Assembly (NCBI RefSeq): GCF_000150275.1
Contig: NW_002060952.1
Coordinates: 518,482 to 582,481, forward strand
Direction of reading: 5' to 3'
Source: Trichoplax adhaerens
Taxonomy: Eukaryota; Animalia; Placozoa
Length of the DNA: 64,000 bases
In this document: one piece after another, positions 39,757 to 52,315 of the stretch
Numbering within the stretch: position 1 is the first letter of the stretch
Layout of the letters: each line of letters opens with the position of its first letter
Translations under genes and position numbers: made by a program
Notes under the pieces: generated by a model
Database searches by the model: none
Told to the model about the DNA's origin: nothing
What the model saw: only the letters and a program-made list of their open reading frames with translations

Positions 39757-42700
39757 TTAGTAGCCCAATTTTGTGTTTAGACTAGTCTTTCCGTCGCCAA
39801 ATTGATCTATCATTATAAAGCAGAAACAAATAAAATTATATAAACCAGGTACCTACAGTAAGAAAAAGGTGATCACATCACCAAACCATTATAGAAGATC
39901 TAAATATGATTCAGTAAGTATACTATTGCGTTCTTAAATACTGTGCCACACAAATACGTTAAATTAACAAACCTTCTGGAGGTAGCCAATCAATACATTC
40001 ATCATCATCATTCCTCTGAGATGGTTGTGACGGACCAGCATTTCGACTATTATTCGAGCTATCATCTAATTCTTGATTAATTGTGGTTATCTCCTATATG
40101 GCCAAATAACAATAGATCAGATGAATCAGTTGTTATGTAATACTTTTTTAATTTTATAGGTTATTACTGTCTATTGTCCGCGATTATCAAGTTTATAGCT
40201 AAGATGTATATAGATGGCTAATTAATTCAATTTTTTCTTTACCACCTCTTTAAGTGAGAGTTCACGATCAGGAAGTCTCACGGAATATTGTCTTGCATCA
40301 TCCACTGTTTTATTTGTCTCCATACTAGTTGCACCTTTTTTTGGTTCCTCGCTATCACTTTCACTATCAAACTCTACAATATCATCATCATCGTCATCCC
40401 TCACTTTCGGACCAGTCATCTTGGACGGGTGTGCACCAAGGAATTGAACACCCTTTGCTTTTAAACTAACATTCTGAGCAACGGAAGACACTTTCACGGA
40501 TGGCTTTTCATTGACTTTAGATTTCAGATCCACAGGCGTGCTTAATATCGTACAATAAAGTAGTAGTATTTTTGAGTTAACAAATCCATCCGCTAAAAAT
40601 CTACATATATGGCATGTTCATAATACCCCTTGTCTGCTTCGTCAGTGCCGTCAGGCTTTCGATTTGGAGATGCAGGTAATCCTTTTGAATCAGTAGTTTT
40701 CTTTAGTTGTAGGTACTCTGGTAGTTCCGCGGGGCGCGCAATCTCTACTAATTTGATTAGTTTTTCTTCTTTCTATAATAATTATAATGCATAAATATGA
40801 ATTAATTTTTAAATCCAAGATTTCAGCATCATTAGGGCATGATAAGTTAGAGGATAATTTAAAGTTTTTCAAATTCGTAATACAACAGTACATAGATAAA
40901 TGCATCTAAACATTAAAATATTGCTATAGGCGTACTGTACCTTTCTAAGATCGGACAAGTGAAGTCTAATTGACGTAATTGCCCTTGCATCCAAGGTATT
41001 TGAAACGTTATTCATGAAGGCATCTAAAGAATCAGCTTCGGAAGTTTGTTGCTGGCCTATTCAAAAAATTAAATTTAATAACTTATACTAACATCCATAT
41101 GACTAGGCATGTACTAAAGATGTAAAAGTTATCTTAAAATCCGCTATTCTGTCAATTAACGATTGGTGATTAAATAGCAACCTTTAGCAGAGTTTAGTTT
41201 AGATCGCAGCCTATTCATTTCATCTTGTATCTCCTTTAGTTTTAGACTCTATTCCCAGGAACATTACAACAAGGCGATCGAAAACAACAGTGAAATTATC
41301 TCTTTAACTTTAATGTAGAGTGCATTTGTAAAAATGTTTTATACAAACCAATGATTGAAATGTTTCTGCTTCCTCAGTAATTTTTCCAGCTCGTCTCATT
41401 CTTGCTATCCTCTTATTTTCCACTGTATTACAATAATTACAAGGATAACAATATAAACTATTTGATATCCATTAACACGAAGGAAGTGAAGCTTTACTGA
41501 ACTTAAACTAACAATCTCCTGTCCTATCAAGAAAGTTATCTTCATCACTGTCATAGTAATCATTGTCTTCCCAGTTTTTTCGTTTTCTTTTTATAGAAAC
41601 TGTAAAATGAAAATAATCTTCTTGTAATAATACTCCAGGAAAAATTTTTAAACTGCTTATAATTTAAGTTTTACATTTTAAACGTTTCATCACGTAAGGC
41701 AATGATGTGTGCAATTTGATAAAGTATACTAATTCTAGACGGTACCATCAGATATTCTATATTGTAGTCCGTCAAGTTACGGTAATAAATCTACTATAAT
41801 AATTATTCTATCAATTCAAGAAATACTAATACTGTCTTAAATGCTGTATATAAGTAGTAGATATCAACTCATGATATAGTCAAGTAATAATTCTGTACTT
41901 TAGTAAGTCATCTGCTGACATGAAATATTTAAAAGTTACCAGATGATCGCAGCATTCCATAGGCTTCTAGGATTCGACAACCATCCAACGCACAAGCCAC
42001 CACTGCATCCTTCTTCTTTTCTGCTGTTCCTTCACCATATATGCAGTTACCTTCGCTAGTTTCTACAGGCAATCTGAATATCGAAATTTTAATAAAATTG
42101 AATAAAATATTCTTGTAACGTTACCGTGAATATATCTAGATTTGAGGAATGTTACAATTTTATATGAATTTAGCTCATACTTGATTCTAGCTTGATAAGT
42201 TCGATTACGTGGAGTTCCACTCTCACAAACTTCATACTCCATTGTAACACCTGTAGAAGAAATAGTATATAAGATCAGAAGTCGGATATTAGCATAGAGA
42301 TTTTAATTGTTTGCAGTAAGGTAAAGAATATTGACTAAAAAGACAATATAGCAGAGTAAATTTATCGCTTAAGTTGCTTAACGCTGACTTATAATTTCAA
42401 ATAATTAGCACATTTTATCTACGACTGCATTTTTTGTGTATATATATATATATATAAAATATACATTTAATTTTGCAGAGTCAATTGCAATGAGGCCAAA
42501 TGCTACGACATTACGATCAAACCTGCTGTTTCGAAGAAATGCCTTAATGCCTTTTTAGGATCCTTAACAAAATAACTATCATCATCATGACTTGTACGAG
42601 CCTTTTCGATGATATCAATATCTGCGTCTTCCTCTTCAACACCAAAATCTACGGAATAAAGTTTGAAAGATTTCTATTCAGCTAAAAGAGAATAGAATAC

Positions 42701-43778
42701 TCTGCAGTCTGTATCACTTGTCGAGCATTTAGAGTTTTAGACAAGATAACATAAAAGCACAAATAATGTACCGTACGTAATCAGTCGATAGTCATAATAA
42801 CAACAAAGTACAACCAAAGATTATAAATGCATCCTACTAATTGTATGGTTGAGCTTACCAATACCCCATGTAACATCGTTCTTGTCCTCTTTTCTTGAAT
42901 CTCCCTTTCGGTCTTTCTCCTGTTTGTGTTTCCATTCTTCGACCTCTTCTGCATTCATTATTTGTTTTACCGCTTTCCTACTATCAGAAACATAAATTTC
43001 TTCCTCTTGATCATCGCTAGGGCCCTGAATGTGATCGTACAGCACAGCAATACCCTCATGTTAAATACATTAATTAGGCTAGAAAGGCATCGTAGCGTTC
43101 AGTTGATCTTTCAGTAACGAATAGTATCTACTCATGACAATTATAATTAATCCATATATTGGATCATACCTGTAGAATATAAACTCTAGAACTACTACCA
43201 AATTTTATCATATGACCCACTCTCAAACGATAATAACGACGTGGTTCGACAGGTGATTTATTTATTTGTGATCCATGTGTGCTAGCCAAATCGTACATGT
43301 AAAAACCAACTTTACCAGCGTCATCATGATTATATTTGTGAAATTGTAAGACTGCATGACATCGAGAAACAGAAGGATGATCCAGAACAAAGTCGCATAC
43401 AGGTGAACGACCAAATATATAATAAGCTTTATCATTTAACTTCCAAATATCCACAATACATCCATTCTTTAACACCTCTAAAGTATAATTTTTATCAGCT
43501 ATTCCACTCCAAATTGGTTCGTCATAAGGGATATTTTTGATGATTTTATCCCTGGTTAGAGACGATTTATTATTTTCTTTGCTAACATGGTGGGAAGTGG
43601 AATCATTGCAAGTAGATGCAACTGCGGTTTCATTCGACGCAGTAGATGGTTCATTTGATTTTGCAGTTTTATTGCTTATTGGCAAAGGGGAAGCAAATTT
43701 TTCTTTCTGGCTGGTATCCTCTTGGGCATTCGATGGACCATGCGTGGCAATATCCTCTGCATGTTGTTGATCTTCCAT
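39757..43778 (-). CDS. SLC4A1AP: Kanadaptin (FHA domain, dsRBD-like region, coiled coil), multi-exon
   Basis: PYDEPIWSG...LEVLKNG...YIFGRSPVCDFVLDHPSVSRCHAVLQF...DLASTHG...FGSSSRVYILQ|GP; KDPKKALRHFFE; ALDGCRILEA; WEDNDYYDSDEDNFLDRTG; DSLDAFM; C-terminal WLPPE|DQFGDGKTSLNTKLGY*. Confidence 0.94.
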
Positions 43779-43924
43779 CTTGAAGGTATTGGCGACCACT
43801 ATTTGATGGCTAGCTGGCTGGCTTGCAGAGTTGCTTCAATCAATCTAGTGGTAGCGCTGTCGCTGTAGAGGCTTTACTATGGCAATATCTGAGATGATAG
43901 TAACGACACTACTATGTTATAAAC

Positions 43925-44420
43925 ATGTTGTACAATGTCATACTGTGCACTGTACATTACCATACGAGTGTCGTTTCAGTACATTACCAGTACCAGAACA
44001 TTACAGCAGTTCACGTTAGCTGCAGCCGTACTGTACCGTACCGTACCGTGCCGTACCGTGCCGTACCGTACTGTTCGCTACGACCAAATAGTACAGTACT
44101 GTACTGTACACGTAGAAGTACTGTACACTGTAGTTCACGTTAGCTGCAGCCGTGCTGTACCGTGCCGTGCCGTACTGTTCGCTACGACCAAATAGTACAG
44201 TACTGTACTGTACACGTAGAAGTACTGTACACTGTACGGTACTTCTACAGGGCACGATACCAGTACGGTACGGTACAACAAAGCAAAGCCGATGCATAGC
44301 TATCGTATTGAATGCAGTACAGTACTGTATGTCGAAGTTCAAGGTCTTCGAAAATCGGAAGGGTACTGTACTGTACAGTGTACAGTGTACAGTACAAAAC
44401 AAGCCTGAAATAAAATCATA
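43925..44420. repeat. ACAGT/ACGGT pentamer block containing a 124/104-bp tandem duplication, in the kanadaptin/RPA1 divergent promoter
   Basis: GTTCACGTTAGCTGCAGCCGT...(CCGTR)n...CTGTTCGCTACGACCAAATAGTACAGTACTGTACTGTACACGTAGAAGTACTGTACACTGTA occurs at ~44009 and 44133. Confidence 0.9.
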
Positions 44421-44703
44421 GGGTAGATTTACTGCATTTACTTATTGGTACTTCCGTAGTTTTAAAACTTAAATATATCCAGTCGTATGTACAGTAAAAA
44501 GTAAACGATAAATGGAAGGGAAAAGGGGGTCCATGTCCAAAACATATCACCCTGTAAAAATAAAAAAACTACCCATAATAACTACTGTAATCGCTACTGA
44601 AAGCGACCTGACGGTCTAGCTGGTGGAGTCGTGGTGTAGTCTGGGGCATGCCGGAACAAGAACGCGATCGTCCTTCATGTACGTCACACATTACGCAAGC
44701 GCA

Positions 44704-44719
44704 TTTTCTGGCGCGAAAA
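44704..44719 (-). promoter_or_regulatory. Candidate E2F site upstream of RPA1
   Basis: The reverse strand reads TTTTCGCGCCAGAAAA, containing canonical TTTCGCGC. It sits in a GC-richer patch just upstream of the putative RPA1 5'UTR exon. Confidence 0.55.
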
Positions 44720-45084
44720 AATAAGTCAAAGTCAAAATAGACTCAGTCCTAAATAAGAACGTACCGAGCATTGCGTGTCATATCATTCAAGCTTCAGTAG
44801 TCCCACTGCTGTCGTACCAATTACTTCATCCACCAAGATTGAAGCTACACCGACTTTCACTTCGTCGCCAAGCCGACCAAGACTAAGTTGTCCGACAAAA
44901 CTGAAAAATTTTCTCCAATTCTACACGAGTTAGTGTTCTAATAAGAGTTGGTAAGGATGACTTTATTTTATATTTGTCCTTTCTTAATGATAGGATAGCG
45001 ATCGATCAACTTGTTGCTACCTGACAATCTTTCTCACACCTTTTCAACTATTTCTATGTATGCATTTTAGTTGTGTGTGGAGTA

Positions 45085-48000
45085 ATGGCGTTATCTGCAG
45101 GAGCAATTCAGGTAACTATCTACTGCTAAAATGCCTTACTGATGTTGTAATAATCCTAGGAGGTTTGCAATCCAATGAAATAACATCTTATCTACCGTAG
45201 ATTATCCATTCTGTATAGAGTCCTAAATACAGAATAATCGTATTCAACTCACTACTGCATAGAACAAGTTTGCAAAAAACACTTTCATTAAATGAAGATT
45301 GTATGCGACCTCCTACAGTACCTCTCTTTACAACTATTTCGCGTGTCAGAACAATCATCCGATCATAGTTGTCTAGTATACACTGTACTGTAGGCTTAAG
45401 TGACCACTTTCATCTCTTTCTGGATGATTTTCTTCACCTAGTTGAATAATTGACTATCACACTTGGCTACATATGGGATATCCTTTACGTCAACCAACAG
45501 TTGTCAATCTCTTCTACAGTATAGAAAGTAGTTGATATGCAATTTTATTCAATACAATTGCTTGTTGATGGTAGTTTTCTCTTTCGTTCAGTACATCCCT
45601 TCCTATTTATACTTAAATGTTCAGACTCATAACAGCTTTTACTTTTCCAAAAGCGAAACATAACAATACTGGTAACAAACTACTCGACTACCAGTTTCCA
45701 AGCCTAATGATGATCTTCTTACAAATTAGGCTATTTGCAACGGTGAAAACCCACCAACACCGATTTTTCAAGTGGCTGTAAGTATCTAATTCATCGGACG
45801 TACTCAAAATATATATCAGAAAAATACACGGTATTGCGATACATGCAAATAAAACTAATTCATACTATCATGGGCGGATGCACTTCTACTTCTGTATCCG
45901 CGTAATGTCTAGTAATAATTTCCACCGTTCATCAGTTATACATCTTGGAGATCCTACAGACAATCCTTTTGCAGTATATTGATGTATAAATCTTATTGAT
46001 CTTAGGCTGTAAGAAAGATCCAAAATGAAAAGCTTTCTGTCGAACGTTACAGGTTTGCTAAATACTGAATTGGCTATCGTATAATGAAACTACATTGGGT
46101 TACGCAATAGATGTCGTCACTTACCGTAGATATACTTAACATAATACTATCGAATGTATCTGCCTATTTCACTAGTTCATTCGGCTTCTAGCTCAAACTT
46201 AGTTGTACGTAATTCTACCTGATAGTTAACTAAATTGTGGAATGAATTTCGTGTTGTAGAATTGTTCTCTCCGATGGCATCCATGCTTATTCATGTAAGT
46301 ACTGAAACTTATGTACAGTAAAATGATTTTCAATTGTATATACTATAATAAGTTATGTCAAATTATTAAAACCCAGTGTAGAATAACACTATTGAAATCT
46401 AAGTGAAGCAAGTTTGAATCATTATTATTCGGTATTTGCATCACATTATCTAGCCGTCATGTTGGCAACTCAACTAAATCAAAGAGTTACTAGTGGTGAA
46501 TTGGATGCTAAAGCTATTATTAAGCTCAATAACTACACTTGTAATATTGTACAAGAAACAAGGTTAGTAATAAGTAAATAACAACGTTAATATCACTAAT
46601 AACATAGAAAATCAAGTATTCTGCCAGTTGATTGGCTTACCTATAATTAATAATATTGCTGTTTTACCACTGTAGGAAAGTACTGGTAATCTTAGATTTA
46701 ACAGTTCTTACTTGTGGAAGTGAAACGGATATAATTGGTCAGCCCAAACCGTATAATGACCAATCTGGTCAGTATTATACTATTAACCTATTTGACTTAT
46801 TATCATATCGTCATTGATCCTTATCCTATCATACTATTGGTTAATACTGTAATAAATTGATTACCAGTCGTTGATACTATGTTTATCTAATTTAAAATTT
46901 TTCAATCTCGTTTAGCCCCCTCAAAATCAAACAATTACCAACCGCAGCAAGAGATACAACAGCAGAAACCAAGTTATGCTCCCACCAATAGATCTATGTA
47001 AGAATTATGCTAATTTCTTCATTACCTTGACCTAATCTTACCGTCAACCTTAATATCTACACATAATCTTCATTACATAAGGAACCAAGTGACAAATCCC
47101 CGTCCCACCATCCATCCCCAACAGAATTTGGTTGACAAATCCGAAAATCGCATTGTTTTTCCAATCAGTAGCCTCACTCCTTATCAAAACAGGTTAAAAA
47201 TGCATCATAATTTGGACGACGAAAGTCCCTTGTAATAACCCTGAAATGTTAAAATTGTATTATAAAAGATGGACGATTCGAACTCGTGTAACGAGTAAAA
47301 GTGAAATTAGAAAATGGAGCAATTCACGAGGCGAAGGAAAACTATTTAGTGTCGATTTAATTGATGAATCGGTCAGTACTTATTCTCAATTAAAGTACTG
47401 TTATAACAATTTAGAATGATTAATAACTTCTTGGCTCCATTCCTACCCTGATAACTCTTGATCTTATGATAGGGAGAAATTAGAGCAACTGCCTTTCGTG
47501 ATCAAGTCGAAAAATTTTATGATGTCTTAGAAGTTAACAAGGTTAGTCCTTCATTAAACGTGAAACTTAACTAAATACCCTACACCATGTATTAATAATA
47601 TTATCTGTCATACTACACGTTTTAACTACCTGCGCTCTCGTAGGTATATTACATAAGTAGATGCAGTATCAAGACTGCAAATAAAAACTTTACCTCCATC
47701 AAGAATGATTACGAAATGACATTTACTAACGAAACCGCTGTTGAACCTGTAAGAAAACTTTCCTTGATAAAATTTCCAATTTAACGTATTAATAATTACT
47801 TCATTCTTAAGTGTGATGATATAGCATCATTACCGAAAGTTAGCTTTAACTTCGTACGTATTGGCGACATCGAGAATCAACCAGCTGAAAGAATGATAGG
47901 TAATCCAAATTTGATATATATTTTGGTAATGTAAACAAATTATAATTATCGATCAATTTTTAAGTAAAATATTTCCTTAATCATCAACAGATGTCGTTGG

Positions 48001-49587
48001 CGTTGTAAAAAGTGCTGATGACGTTGTTACGATTAATACGAAATCTAATAGACAAGTCAATAAGAGAGATATCGAATTGGTTGATGATTCCGGCAAAGTC
48101 GTACGACTGACACTCTGGGGCACCAATGTAAGTTTCTAGAATCGAAACTATTCCACCAGCTAAGGCTAATATGTAAAAATTCTATCTTAGGCAGAAGAAT
48201 TTGATGGTTCACAATTTCCTGTCGTTGCAGTTAGAGGCGCGAGAGTGACTGAATTTGGAGGTTAGTCAAACTTGCGTATGAAAAGAATAGTTATGTAAGC
48301 TAAAAATAAAACTGAAATTCTGATAGGTCGGTCATTAAGTGTTGTGGGTTCAAGCCAACTTATGACTAATCCTGATATACCTGAAGCGCATATACTACGT
48401 GGCTGGTACGATCAACTAAAATATCATTTTGTCACTATTTTCTTGCAATAACTTTATAATCAAAAAAATTTACCAGGTTTGATGTGCAAGGTAAAGATCA
48501 AGAATTAGTTTCGATATCAACAAAACGCGGAGATATTGGATCCCCTGGTAAAATTTTTAAAATATGAAGATATGTCTAGATAAATTCGTAAAAATCTTTG
48601 GGATCTTTAATTTAGTTACTTGTTTATTAAAGGCTTCAGTGGCAATTGGAAAAATATTAGCGACATCCATGGCGAAAATTTGGGACAGCAAGAAAAGGTA
48701 TACCTAATTAACGTTTACATCAAATTGCTACTGTCTTGAAATAATGTTCCTGGCCGGTGTATTTTGTTTATAGGCGGATTACTTTAACCTCAAAGCCACA
48801 ATTATCTACATTCGCAAGGAAAATTTGATGTACAAGGTAAAGACTCTGAACTTTCGCATAGTGTACCAACTATAGAAGAGCAATTTCTAATATGCTACGA
48901 CGATATTAAATATTTCTTGATGCCTGTAACGCTAACATTATTATAGGCTTGTCCTAAAGAAGATTGCAATAAGAAAGTCATTGATCAAGGAGGAAGCTAC
49001 CGTTGCGAGAAATGCAATCAAACATTCCCAGATTTCAAGTATCGACTAATGATATCTGTAAGTTTTGCTAATGACAGTAATTTTTTAGTTCCCTATTCAA
49101 AAGTTTGAAGATTTAAACCCCTAAAATCACATTTTTAGGCTTCTATAGTAGATTCTACTGGCAGTAATTGGCTTACATTTTTTCAAGAGACTGGAGAAGC
49201 TATGTTGAAATGTACAGCTCAGCAGTTAGGCGCGTGGAAAGAAAATGTAAGCTATCATGCAGACGGATTATATTTTTACTGTAGAAATAATAATAATTGT
49301 TATCAAATTTAATTTAGGACGAAAGTAAATATGAACATACCATAAATGAAGCTTTATTTCAGTCTTACATTCTCAAAGTTAGAGCTAAAATGGAATCTTT
49401 CAATGTAAGTAATGAATATTATTGGTATGAAATATCAGACACTGCACTTTCTTATACGAATAATATCGGTTGGTATTATTAGGATGAAAATAGACTCAAA
49501 TGCAGTTGTGTAAACTTGACACCAATGGACTATGTGCAACAGTCACGACGTCTGCTTGAAGGTATTCGTCGCATGCAAATGGTTTAG
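45085..49587 (+). CDS. RPA1: Replication protein A 70 kDa subunit, ~20 short exons
   Basis: MALSAGAIQ...RIVLSDG; [13 protein letters not shown]|[34 protein letters not shown]|GEIRATAF; [13 protein letters not shown]; GRSLS...[13 protein letters not shown]; zinc motif [13 protein letters not shown]...YRCEKCN. Stop 49585-49587. A 5'UTR intron lies at ~44951-45070. Confidence 0.97.
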
Positions 49588-52315
49588 TGCGACGACATGT
49601 AAATTTTATGAGACACATCTTAATACCTGAAAGTAGTGAAAGAACAAGCAGATAAATTAATTCATTGTATTACGAATAAGTACTGCGTAAGGCAAACGTA
49701 AAAGTCTTATTGCTATTATTAGCCAGCTTTAATTGATATGAACAAGTTCGATCGCACTTAAGCTGTCTGTCTACTCTGGACGCTTGTATAAGATATTTGG
49801 ATAAACTAGTAGTCTTTTATACTAAGCATAATGTTCTTGATTATCCTTAATAATTTGTCTTGAAATGAACATGTTTATTATCAGCCTTTTAGATAGTGGC
49901 ATTTATACTTTTAATTATGCTTATGTATAATTAACTTATATAATAACTTGAATAAAATATAACAATCATATTAAATTCAAAATTTAAGCTTCATTTCCTG
50001 AAAGTTTGAAATTGCAACATCCCCAGTGCTTGACCGCGTATGCGAGTATAGGCTGTACACTTTATGCTAAATATTTGTTAGTAACAATTACTTTACTATG
50101 AAGCTTAAATGTTCTATTATACCTTATCTCCAATCAGAGATCAGAATGTACTCATGATTTGAGACTATCAATTCCTCAACGATGAGCAGTTCATTTTAAT
50201 CTCAATATATACTTTTCATATTAAAGATTAAGCATTAAACAATTATAGATGACGTCCTTGTAAGCTATCCTCTATTACCAGTAATTAAAGTGTACTTCGT
50301 TATTCTTGTGCAATATAACGATGATCAATTATTTCCTAATAGGTTCAATAAGGTTATCCAACGATTATTTCACAGTAAAGTATTGTTAATGAACCTAAAA
50401 ATGGTAATTGCGTTAAATTCTAATTTACTATTTTGCCTGCTACAACTACTTCATATATGATTTTCAAAAAGAATCACTACTTGATTGATATCTTTACCGG
50501 TACATGAAATGGAAATACAGCCATGTACTGTTGCAAATAATAAAAGTACTTTAAAAATTATCTAAGTTCTTCGACCCTCTCTCCTCTCCACATCATGTTT
50601 GTATTAAAACAAAATATACGATTGTTCATATGTTTACATAAGGCGTTGTTTAATAATGAAATATTGTGGCTTCAAAGATAGATCCAAAATTTACCCAAAA
50701 AGTAATGGTGACATTTTGATTCCAATACATTTATGTATATGCTGTACATTAACGACTTCCGATTATGAAATTAATTATCACCAATGATACAATTTGAGAA
50801 ATACAGGACTGTCGAAAAAGAAGAAAAGGGAGGAGGGGGACGAAGAAGGGAGATGGATCGCAGCAAATCTCCTAATTTCTATTAACAATTACAACTCTAT
50901 CACTATAATATTCATTAGATGCCGGTATAGAAAAGGAAAGGCATTGACATCTCTCTACTTTCACAGTCTGTCAGTTGTCTAATTCAGAGTTACTATGGGA
51001 ACTATTGTTTACTTTTTTGATCAGTCAAGATGTGCGAAGTATTGTTGGCAATAAAAGTATTTTGTTAAGCTATTGTCTAAGCAAAAGTTAAGAAGAACAA
51101 CAACTATCCAGCCTTTGTACTTAATGATAATAATGTAAAATGAGAGTTTTGTTGTCTGAGATCTGATATTAGTACAGAATAAGAACTGAAAGGTTAGATT
51201 AGATGATGATATCATTACAAAAACGTAAGATATGCGATTCCTTATTTCATGTCACACAGACTAATTGTGCTAATTGTAATTATCAACTTGCTTAATAATT
51301 AATTACACGACAGACCCTCTATTATCTAGTAACGGCCACTACTATATATATACCTAGAGTTTTAAAACTAATTATTATTCTTTTTCATCGCAGTATAGAG
51401 CACTATCGATACATAAAGGGCGTCAAGATCGTAAGATATTTTTAAGCGGAAAGACTTGGGCTCTTATCCTTTCATTATCAGGAATAAGATCCTGACACTT
51501 TGAGAGAAATTTCTTATCCTTTGGTATATTACTATCTATTAATTAATACTATATACGAGTACGTCAACAAAATTTGCCAATCTTCAGTCTAATAGGTAAG
51601 AAGTCATTTATCATTCACGATCTTCAAGATTGAATAAAGTCTCGATTCATGAACTTTCTTACAAAACTCCGATAGTTCACTATTTATAGATAATTAGTGA
51701 AACACTTGAAAACATCTTGTTCCTGCTATGTACAGTAATATGATAATAACTGCAAATACTATCGACCAAAGACTACCAAATACAATCATTCGGCGTTCAC
51801 ACATCAGAATACCTTTAGTCCTCACGGTATAAATTAATATTCTTTAGTATTTTAATCTGATAAGAGTATCTTTGTTAGCTGTAATAATTATAACACGAAA
51901 GTATATTTTTTACCTGTTTCAAGCGTCTTCAATTCCTAGCTACTGGCAGTAAATAATTATAGTAATTCATCAAGGTAAAGACAAGTAGTAGAATTTATAT
52001 CTATAAATACTCGATTCTTCTCGGATCTTTCCTAATGAGCTGTATACACGTACTACAAATATTATATCATCCTATGTCTATTTTAAGATTTTATAAGATA
52101 ACGGCTACGTCTCTTTCTTTTCACCATCGACCCTGTATTATACTGGAATAATATTATCTAGGATATCTCCCTCTCAATATGTATTAGCATAATCTCGTAT
52201 CTTTAATCAATACATCCTCTATCAACTTATTAGGGTGTTGTGAAAATTAACCTATCCGAAGTTTAAGTGGCCTTAATCATTTTATCGAAAGCTAAACGTA
52301 AATGATATTGCCATT

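Noticed and set aside
44624-44690. tRNA-like A-box (GTGGTGTAGTCTGG)
   Set aside because: There is no T-loop GTTC motif or cloverleaf downstream.
45478-45486. U12-type donor-like ATATCCTTT in RPA1 intron 1
   Set aside because: It is not at an exon boundary, and the flanking exons join by normal GT-AG.
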